From positions 124,001-188,000 of the forward strand of contig CDRNVI010000060.1 in NCBI GenBank assembly GCA_977017575.1: a stretch of 64,000 bases of DNA, written 5' to 3'. Position numbers and translations under genes: made by a program. Below the pieces are notes generated by a model. It ran no database searches, was not told the origin of the DNA, and worked only from the letters and a program-made list of their open reading frames with translations. Below are positions 43,620 through 53,700 of the stretch, piece after piece; positions within the stretch are counted from its first letter, which is position 1, and each line of letters begins with the position of its first letter. Source of the stretch: Paramoeba atlantica. Taxonomy: Eukaryota; Protista; Discosea.

Positions 43620-45374
43620 CACGGTATTCGGGCGCGGGCCCTCAAACGCTTGGCCTTCCGACAGAAAAGGAAGTCTCAGAAATGCTCTCGAGGCCAGTCC
43701 TCCCCTCCCCGGACGACGTGGTGAGGAAGGCCAAACGTATAGCCCTGCTCAGAGCGCCGGGCCCCACGGGCTGGACAAAGGAGCTAGCTGCTTGTATCCT
43801 GGGAGAGGAGGACCCCAGAGAGTGCATCACGTGGGTGGTCAAAGGTATTTTCACAAGCACTCTCCCTACGTGCCTGAGGGACATCCTGGCGGCTTCGAAG
43901 CTCAAACTCTTCGCGAAGCCGGGCGCCCCGAGCGGTCACTCCTCATCTATGCGTGCCCAATCGCCATGGGCGAGTTTTTTACGAAATTGACAAGATGGCT
44001 AGATCTAGAGCGTATTAGCGAAGCCCTGCCTTCCTTTTTCAATGGCTTGCAATTTGGAGCTAAACATTCTCTCGGTTGCGAATTCGTGATTTCCAACGCC
44101 AGAAACACCTTTAATAACTCGGAAGCCGGAGTCATAGGTGCAGCTGACCTAGAGAGCGCGTTCAACAGCATCAGTGCTGCTGTGTGATGATCACACGATC
44201 CTCGTTTTTAGTGCCGGTATGTTGGAGCAACATGTTTGCCGACATTGCAGGGGTCGTATCCTTCTCCTACGGACCCCCCAGTAAAACCCACCTGGGCAAT
44301 AACGTGGCTAATAAAAGCACCACGGGGGTAAGACAAGGGGACCACCACTCACCCATTCTTTTCTCCATTGGCATTCAGAAGTGTTTAGACGAGGTGGCGG
44401 CAGAATTCAAGCCAGATGTGCCCCCCTGGGCTTATCTGGACGACGTTATCTTGGCGCTCCCCCTCCCTTTGCGAGAAAACCCTGACTGGGCTAGAAAAGT
44501 AAACAAAAAGGATAGGGCTTAAACTTAACAGCGCCAAATGCGTTGTAGCGACAAGGGAGCCGGAGGGCTTTGAGCCCTTCCGCGGTACCCGTATCCGCTC
44601 CCCTCATGGCCTGACTATACACTCTCCTCATGGCTTGAAACTGTTAGGGGCGTACGCAACCGATGTAGCCGACGTTTTACGGACATGTTTACGGAAATGG
44701 GCTTGGGACTACATCCGGGACGTGGAGTGGGAGACCGCGGCAAGGCTGCGCTACTTCATGGCGCCGGTGTCTTCCCCCACAGCCCAGTGCGCGTGTGGGA
44801 TCTCTTTCCCTGTAATAAAGAGTTGGCAGTCCACGCTCTGGACTGCAAACGGGGTAAAGGCCGTACACAGGCATCCCGACATAAATTGGTCAAGGATGCC
44901 TTCCGCAACCTCCTAACCCTGGACGGGTAAAAATAAAAAATCCAAATCATTCCGGATTGCTCCGGATGGTCACTGGCAATCCAGACCCTTCACAGACAGA
45001 TTTGGAAGTTCCGAGGTCGACGTCCTCTACCAGTTTCCGCTTGTCCAAGGCGGCACCAACGTGCTGTTGCCAACACGCTGCGTCGACGAACTGTACGTCA
45101 ACACGGCTTACCCAAGAGGTGTAAGCCGGGTAAGGGAGCTGGTTCCCTGAGGGACGGGTAAACCTGGCTTTTACGACTTTCGGGGCATGGGTTGAGGTCT
45201 TCTTGCCTTCCGCGAGGCGTAGAGAGAACCCACACATTAAAGTTCCTACGGAAGGTCGCGGGTACTCAAAAGGAGGATCCCGCGGGTTGTTTCAGACATT
45301 TGCTGATGGCCATGGGGGCGACCACCCAAAAAGGTAATGCGCAGATGGTGCAGGCCGCTATTCAAGGGTGGTAG
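43620..45374 (+). mobile_element. Decayed CRE-clade element (RT, CCHC knuckle, C-terminus); endonuclease core replaced by a family-B insertion
   Basis: APGPTGWTKEL, GLQFG, AADLESAFNSIS, GVRQGD, WAYLDDV, CACG...HALDCKRG...RHKLVKDAF, and the end AMGATTQKGNAQMV. Confidence 0.88.
44929..45158 (-). mobile_element. 5'-truncated copy of SINE-like family B
   Basis: Reverse complement matches about 42203-42430, including the T-rich end. Confidence 0.75.
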
Positions 45375-47006
45375 CCTAGCGCGGTTAGATAATCTGCGTC
45401 GGGAGATGAATAAAAAAACGGACTGCAACCGGACTCCGGCTCACAACGCATCGGATCCCCGAAGAAGAAACGCCGAAGACAAATGCTACGGAGCAATTAG
45501 AAGCGGTAGACGGCTCCATGGAACCGGAACTGGTGATTTCCAAGCAGGAGTAACTGAGTCAGGCAATTGCCGAAGAGGAATTGCTAACAGAATATGCCCA
45601 CGACTGCAAAGTTGCGAAATACTCCAGAATCTGGAGTGCAGATTATATCACACACGGAAACTGCAACACCTATGCACGTTTGTCTTGATTTCCGAGGTGG
45701 GTGCTAGGGGGAAACTCGCTAGCTCCATTCGACCGCTCAAATCTCTTTTTATGGGAGACAACCATCTTGTTTTTGGGTGTTGGAAGGAAATGATGAGAAG
45801 TGCCCAGCGTGGCAGCTTCATCATATTCAAAAAACGCGACTTAAAGACTTGGAACAGTGAACCACGGTTCGCTGAGGTCGCCTAAAGTTAAATTGATAAC
45901 ACGCTTTCTGTGCGCGTGTTCTGGACATTTGTTTTCCTGGATCTATTTATAAACGATCTCTTCACTTTAAGTGTATGACAAATAGATAGATAAACACACG
46001 CCCTGATCTTTAAATGCATACCTTAAGTGCGTATCTTTAAAAGATTGCAAATATAAGTCAAGGAGGACCAGCTTATCGAGTATCTATCGTACAAGACCTA
46101 TCTCCATACATGTACCTACATGTTTCGTATCATACATAATCACCAATCATGCTTCTTGCTCGTACTTACATACGAGTGATATCTGCGTACAACTATGTCG
46201 AGAATTCCAATTCAATTTATTCCATTCTGCGACATCAAAGTCGCCGACAAGCTCCTTGTTATTCGTAAAAAATATTTCCTTCATTGTCTCCGGAAGCTTG
46301 CCAAACAAAAGTCGGGTAAGTTTATTCGAACTGACATCAACAATTGATAACCAGGACTACTTGGAAAGCTTGGCTTCGCACTTAAGGCCTACTATCGGCA
46401 CCTCTGCAAGCAACGTAAAAGTAAACTATGAGAAAGTTCAGCAGCAAGACCCGCTAATGAATGAAAGGTTAAGCGCATCATTTTCTTTATCATGGATTTT
46501 ATTTATATTGTAAGATAACTGAACGGAAAGGAGATAAATAAAGGAAGATAATGGGGGACAGATAACGGGGATCATGAACGCTATAAAACATGATCATAGG
46601 GAACAAGAAAATTCAAAAGTCACACGAAAAAACCGAAAATAATTTATTTTTAACAATAAACGAGCCCCCCCTTTAGGTGGAATAAAGACCTCTCACGCGG
46701 GGCTTCAAAACACTGCTTTTACCAAAGAGGCCCTGAACCTCCTTAACAGGCACCCATTCCTACCTAACACATTGATCCTTTTCAACATCTGATTTTAGGA
46801 ACGCAACGTGGAAAAGATTTATTGCTAGGAAAATGGGAAAAAGAATCATTAGGGATTGTTATACATTAGGGATTGTTGTATCTTGAATGTTCAGTTGAAA
46901 TATATGACATTAGAGACCGCAACGTGCAACTTTGTTTACTGCGGAATAAACCTAGTCCAGAAACAGGGAGAAATCTCGTGGCTTGCAGATCCAGAGGTTA
47001 CGCGTA

Positions 47007-48551
47007 CTGTGACCTCCCCCCTCCTTAATATTGACAGGGGGTATCCCCCCCTTTATTATGGACAAATCCGACCGGGCGCCGCGGAGCGGCATTTTTTTTT
47101 GTCGCATCCATTTTTCTGTTTTTTTGGGTATCTGTAGCTATGTAATTTTCTCAGCTTTCACATAGTTTGTCATGTATAATTCAGACATTTTTCAACCTAA
47201 TGAAAACCGTGGAAGGACCCTTAACCCCTTAGATTAAGGCAACACCCCCAAAGCCACAGGTAGGTGATCCAACAATATTGATTACCAATGAGCGCAATGC
47301 CCACGCTTCTTTAGATATCCACGTAAAGGAGAAAAGGGGACGAATTGAGCTTAATATACGAGAAGCGCGAAAAAAAATGCTTTTTTTGGATTTTCTCTCG
47401 GTAAAAAGAATCCGAGAAAAATACGGAATTTCGCGAAGCGGAATATATGAAATCCGTAGCCACGGTATCAGCTACTTTCAGAAACTCATTGATCGTTCCA
47501 TACGATCAATCGTACCACAGGAATCGTGCTTTTAACGTTCGAGGAGGCGACTACAATGATCCCGCAGCAGTCTGCTACAATAAGTCTGAGGCAATGGAAC
47601 GGGTACACCGCTCCTGCGTTCAAGCCTCCTCGTTATGGTGTCCCCTCACCAGAAATATCGTCATCGACATGATCCGACAAAATACGGGATTGACTTTAAT
47701 TAGTGTTTTGGAAGACACTTATGCGAAGTTCAGACAGTACTATGGAGCTAATGCGGGCTCCACTTGGTAAGCAATCTGTGTAACTTGCTTTTTTTGGTTC
47801 CCGTGGAGAACAAGCTCACACGCAAAAATATCTCAAAAACATGGCGACCATGCGTTCCCGGTACTCTGTCTCATCGTCCTGCCCTCACTGAAGAGCTTCA
47901 CGATGAGCAAATAATTGACAGTCAAGATTGTTTAGGGCAACTAATGCTTCATCCAGACAATGACCGCGGGGACATGGACGCAGAGGGGTGGGATCAGTCA
48001 GTAGCGTACGCTGATACTTTCGAATTGTAAAAGGACTGTTGTTTTATCTTGTTATGATAAGTTTACGTGGATTTTTTCCCGTGAGCTCTTAACGTTGGTC
48101 TTGTTTTTTCCCTTCGTGAACGTAATTTCTTTCTTTCCATCTTTAGTTCATTTGTGTGAAACTTTGTATGAGTAAGAAGTTTGGGCTCGATTTTTACGTT
48201 AGAACATCTACAATTTAACTGAATGGAACCTTTATAGCTACACGGAATATAGAGCTGAATGTTAATTTTCTATTCCTAATTATAGTGTACATCAATAATG
48301 CATATCCTCCATGTGCCCTTCAGCCTTATGAAGAAGTGCCCCTTCACCCTTCATCGACGCCCTCCTCTCCCGCCCTCTTTTTCTGCTCTCCCCGCCCTCG
48401 CTCCTGGACATGAATTTTACAATTTAGATTTTTTGCCGTATTATGAGTAAACGAAGCGGCGCCAAATTTTGTTTTACACCCCTTTCATCACTCCCCCCTT
48501 TATTATGGACAAAAGCCGAAAAAGTCTCCATAATAAAGGGGGGGGGCACAG
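47007..48551 (+). mobile_element. TA-flanked decayed pogo-like DNA transposon
   Basis: TA|CTGTGACCTCCCCCC...GGGGGGGGGCACAG|TA; subterminal cccctttattatggac at both ends; degenerate HTH-like ORF pieces (47278, 47447). Confidence 0.6.
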
Positions 48552-48861
48552 TAAGTGATTAAACATCTCCAAAATGAGCCTACCGCGAACAACACGAAAC
48601 CTTTTCAGACTATGTGGCTACATTAGACATCTATGCACAATTTTAGGTATAGCACCTCGCGAAACGGGAGCCATCACTCGAATAAGTCAGGATAGGGGTA
48701 ATAGTATGTATGTGGAGATTGACAATTATAAGTGCTTTTGGTATCATTTAAAAAACGTGTAATCGACGTATAAAGGGGGGTCGTATAGTATAACGGGGAC
48801 ATCACAGTAATAATTGAGTACACTTTTTCGTTTGTGTGGAAGGCAACTTAGCTTAATATTA

Positions 48862-50062
48862 TTATTTGAAAATTACTTTTGTACCTTGCGTAATGAGGTC
48901 GTCCAATAACTTAGGAAGTATGGAACGGTCAATTTCACCTTCAAGTTCATTATTATCCACGAATAACAGTCGTGTCATTTGTGGTGGGAGCTTATCGAAA
49001 AATACTTTTCCGCTGAAAAGGTTATTCTCGCACTCCAGCACCTCCAACGAAGCGGGTTGATGCCGCAAATCTAGCGTTCCGAAAAATTGATTGTTTGAGT
49101 TGTTCGTTCATGCACTTATAGTGCAGAGATTATGCTCACAAAGTCCGTGCCCGCATACGACGGGTGGATCAAGTGAGGGTTCGCCCTCGCCGGAGGTGTG
49201 CGGGTGCAGAGAGCTGGGGTCCCAGGTGCAGAGAGCTCGGTTGTCATGTGCAGGTGCAGAGAGCCGGATGCGTAATCCCCATATTACAGTTTCGGGGGCA
49301 ATCCGGGTGCAGAGAGCTGCGACAGAGCCGAGGTGCGGAGAGCTTGGCGACCCCCAGGTGCGGAGAGCCGGGAGTCTCGTCGGCGGAGGACACGCCTAGT
49401 GGTCCTCAAGGGAGGCCACCGTGACGCATGGCCTCTTCGGAAAGGTAACTGCGAGAGAAGGGAAAGCCGAGAGAGGGAAGCACACTCACTCCAGGGGAGT
49501 GAGTCGGGAAGGGATGAAGGGGTGGAAGCGCGTCCCATATTAGCCAAGTGACAGAGGGCAAGTTACTTAGATTAACATTACCTGTAAATGCGTTATCCGA
49601 AAGGTCTAATGATACGAAGTTCGCTGGGAATTGACTCAAATCTACCTCTCCCGACAAATCATTCTCCTGGACCCACAGCTCTTGCATATTTTGCGGTAAG
49701 TTAGATAAGTCCACGCCACCTGTAAACGCATTTGCCCCTAATTGGAAAATGCAAAGCGCGGACGGAAGGCTATCCAATTTCACCTCTCCACTAAGCCTAT
49801 TTTCAAACAAATAGCAGTTCTCGAGCGTTCGTGGGAGATAATCGCAGGCTGGGGAACCCGTCATGGGAATCCCCAGCATGCCCTGTCCCACCATTCTCCC
49901 ATAGGGGGACCAATCCATTAGCGTCACACGCTCGCCGTGCTCACAGGCAATACCCTCCCACTCACACGCGGGGGTGTCCGTGTTCCAGCTCGACGGTTTG
50001 AAGAAAGCGTATCCTCGATACTTTGAGTTTTCAGAATGTTTATACGATTTTTTAAAGTCCAA
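48862..50062 (-). pseudogene. LRR gene duplicate split by an SL-SINE insertion
   Basis: Near-identical to 62925..63625 on both sides of the 438-bp insertion at 49099..49536. Confidence 0.9.
49099..49536 (-). mobile_element. 5'-truncated copy of the SL-headed short element
   Basis: Reverse complement matches about 4907-5345 and ends aatctctgcactataagtgcatgaacgaacaac. The empty site is visible in the paralog at about 63160, where 2 bp have been lost. Confidence 0.9.
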
Positions 50063-50373
50063 AATCGAAAGGTAAAAAGGCTTTCCCGTACAGTTTTGGC
50101 GTCATGCTGCACAGTTTCTATAAATATTGTTTTCGTTTTCTAAAATACCAGACTCCCCTACATTAGATGAAAACTGAACCAACCCTTTTGTACTGCTTAA
50201 CCATGTTCAACACTGGGAGCCAACCTTTTGACGAGGAATTTGCATGCAAACAATTTCTCTACATTATCTAACTGTAACTCGTCACTGTAAGAATTGATAT
50301 AGCTACATGTGTACATGTGGAATTTTTGTCCTTATTTGTTTTTTTCTAAAACATACAAAGTTAAAGTACTGCG

Positions 50374-50659
50374 CTACAATACAGTAATTGTAACACATTC
50401 TGGAATTGGCCAAGACTGCACTTCCAAATCGCAGATATTTCCTTTCAAATTCAAATCTTTCATTGTTGCTGGTAAGGCGTCAAATGCTACTTTTCCCGTA
50501 AAAGCGTTGTTCCCAAGGGAAGGTGTACGCATAAACGGCGGAAGGGAGCGCAGAACCAACTCACCATTCAACTTATTACCGGTCAAGTGCAAAACTGTAA
50601 GTTCTTTCGGGAGACAGGTTAAGTTTATACTCCCAACAAAAAGATTTTCATGCAGTATT
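50374..50659 (-). pseudogene. 3' part of the LRR gene disrupted by the intact retrotransposon
   Basis: ILHEN(frameshift)FVGSINLTCLPKELTVLHLTGNKLNGELVLRSLPP. Confidence 0.8.
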
Positions 50660-50740
50660 TATATCTATACAGGGCATTACCTGTAGAGTAATAAAGTCTA
50701 ACAGGACGTACGCATATGACGTCGCCTGCTAGACCATTTG

Positions 50741-53700
50741 CTAACCAAAGCTTTGGTTGTCCCATAAAGGGGATTCCCTTTTCAGCCAGAGTTGAAAGCT
50801 GCTCCGGATCGCCGTTCGGATGACTTCGACACGGCACTTATCTGAGAGTGCCTTGTCACCCAAAAAGAGACGGTTGATGTGACGCAGCGTCGTAGAAGGG
50901 AGACCTCTAGCTCCAACTTCAAAGCATATCAAGTGGCAGTCTGAGTACCTTATCTTTCGTCGGTGTAGAATATTTATGTACTTTTCTACTTTTCGGCAGT
51001 GGGCTTCGTGTACGTTTTCCTCCCAGGGCATCGTCAACTCAACGATAAATTCAGTTCCGTCGTTGAGTTTGACGATTCCATCTGGGCGAAGCTGTGTTTC
51101 CAGGTCGGACCACCATGCGGGTAGTTGACGTAGGTGTGGGAGATCAAAATGTGCCTCTGCGGTATGGGGGGAAGAGAGTATCGCGTTTGCAAAGGTGGAG
51201 AGTACACAATCGTGGCGATATGTGTAACGTCCCTGTTCTAGTGATACCTTGCACGAGGATAAGAGGTGTCGTAATGTTTCCGGTTCTTGTTTACAAATTC
51301 GGCATTGTACTGTATCTGTGCCGTGAATTCCCCATGTCCTCAGCATTGTCCTAGTAGGGAGAGTGTTTTGTACCATTAAAGAAGTTGCGAAGCGGCTAAG
51401 GGAAGTGCTACGTAATCCGTTTATCGCGGCGCTGAAATCTTTCGCCTGTTCTTCCTCGGAGGCTATATCCCACCACTGAATAGCGAACGTTGACCTGCGG
51501 CGTAGTGCGTTGATCATTCGGTCCTCATTAAGCTCAAGAAGAGTTCGTTTTGCGAGATCGCGATCGTCCAGTATGTGTGTGATGTCACATGCTGGTCGAA
51601 TTTGGCCTTTCCTGCGCTTATGTTCTTCAGCCCGTATTCTTTCCTGCAGTGCGGCGGTAACGTTCGGGTCTCGGGACCGCTTCATTTGACAGAGAAGATC
51701 AGCTGTACAGTCCTCCCAGAGTCTGGACAAGCTGCAGATGTTCCATCCACGCTGAGAGTAGATTGCTTCGCTGCATGTAGTTCTAGCCGCATTGATCCAC
51801 CGTTTCAGGGAGTGAGTACACATTTTCTGAAGGCGTAAAATAAAGTTTAGAGTGATACATGGGTGTATAGTAAAGGTGAAGCGTAGCCGAGAGATGATTG
51901 CGTGTTGATGTATCCAAATTTTTGATGGGAGGTCGTGGGCCGACTGGTCAATGTTATGAAGCCATCGCTTCAATAAGGGCCTAACTTTCGTGAAAAGGGC
52001 TCGGGATTGTTGAGAACCGGGGGCAATATTCATGCCAAGAAACGTACTTCCTTCGTCGCATATATGCGGTATAGCTTCGTTCTTGATGAAAATTTGAGGA
52101 CGTCGTGTCATGTAGCCGGGGTGTTCATCATTTTTCTTGGACGCCATGCATTGGACTCTGCACTTTTTGACGTTGATGGAAAGGCCAAGCGAACCCAGTA
52201 CCGTGGATAGTGTTTCAACAGCCAGTTGCATTTCTTTTTCACTATTCGTCAGGACCGTGAGATCGTCGGCGTACGCTTTTAGGAAGCTTTTTGGAAATCC
52301 AGGGAGGTTCAATCCAAATGAGGGAAATGATTTTGCCATGTAACGTAGGGCTAGCTCCATAATCACCAGAAAGAGCGTAGGAGAGAGAGTGTCACCTTGT
52401 AAGACACCTCGTTTAGCTGGGATCGCGCTGGACAGACCTTCGTAACATTTAATGCGGGTACTTGCGTCAGTGTATAAGCATTGGACGTATTTAATAATGT
52501 TTGGGGAGATTCTCGCCCATTCCAGTGCTTCAAAGATGATGTTGCGGGGGACTGAACCAAAGGCGTTACTGAGGTCTAGCTGGGCCATGCAGTAGTTCCA
52601 CTTGTTCTTCCGGTAGTGGCGTAGGAGCTCTGAGAGGGATTGCGTATGTTCGAGAGTACCGTTAATGGCGGGGAGAAAGCCTTTCTGTATCTTGGGGTCA
52701 ATGACAGAGGCTTCAAGTAGGAATTTCGTCATTTTCCGGCTGATGATGGAATGCAGGAGTTTCCCTAGTACGCTAGTCAGGCCGATGGGACGCCAGTTTT
52801 GTGGGTTGTCAGGCTCCCCTTTTTTGTAAATGAGGCGAGTGACGGATATTTTCCATGACGTCGGACATGTGCTGAAGCGCACTAGCGCGTTGAAGACGTT
52901 TGCCATGTGCGTGTGGGAGCTGTGGCATCGCTTTAGAGTCTGGTACGTAATGGAGTCCTGGCCTGGAGCACTGCTGTTTTTCTTTGATGTGAGAGCGTTC
53001 GAAATGTCGATTGAAGCCAGTTCGTCCCAGGTCATTTCTGCCAGAGGACGGTTTCCGAGGACGTCGTGGGGTGGTAAGTGATGCACTGTAGTGGGGTCCG
53101 TAAGTAATGTTGTGAACACACTTTCCACTTTCTGTACATTGCAAGTCGGATAGGCCGGTACACTTTCTGCTTCTGTCCTTTTGTCCAAGGTTTGACTCGC
53201 AGCCGTCCATGGATTGCGGTTGAATTGTTGAAGTGCCCAGCGACTTTCCAGTTCCTGTTTTTGGGCCATGGCTTCTGCGCTGTATATACGTTCCGCCTTT
53301 TTGGTTTCCTTAATCTTTTGTTTCAACGCCATGCGGGGAGCCTTGCCGTGTGTGTATCGCAGCTTCATTTGTAGTTGTTTTACATGTCGAGAGAAGGAAA
53401 AGGCAACTTTTTCGCTTTCTAATGGACGGACTTTCCCCTTTATGTGTCCTCGAGCCGTTCGGATAATGAAACCCTTCCTGGAGTCGACGTCTCGCGCCAC
53501 TTCATATGCCGACACCGCTAGTATTGCACTCAGTAGTTCTGCGTTATGGACGGCGGAGAGTGCGTCGCCAGAGACAGTGAGCAAGGTGTTGCATCTGTGG
53601 AGGGCCCTACGTTCCACCTCGTGCCAGTGCGCATCGGCCAAGTTTATGTTTAACTTGCCCCCCTGGATGTATCGTGCCGTGCGGAAAAGGTACTCCGTCT

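Noticed and set aside
44947-45150. Plus-strand peptide RIAPDGHWQ... as the CRE endonuclease PD motif
   Set aside because: The DNA is an antisense copy of SINE family B and does not resemble the true CRE endonuclease at 26297..26542.
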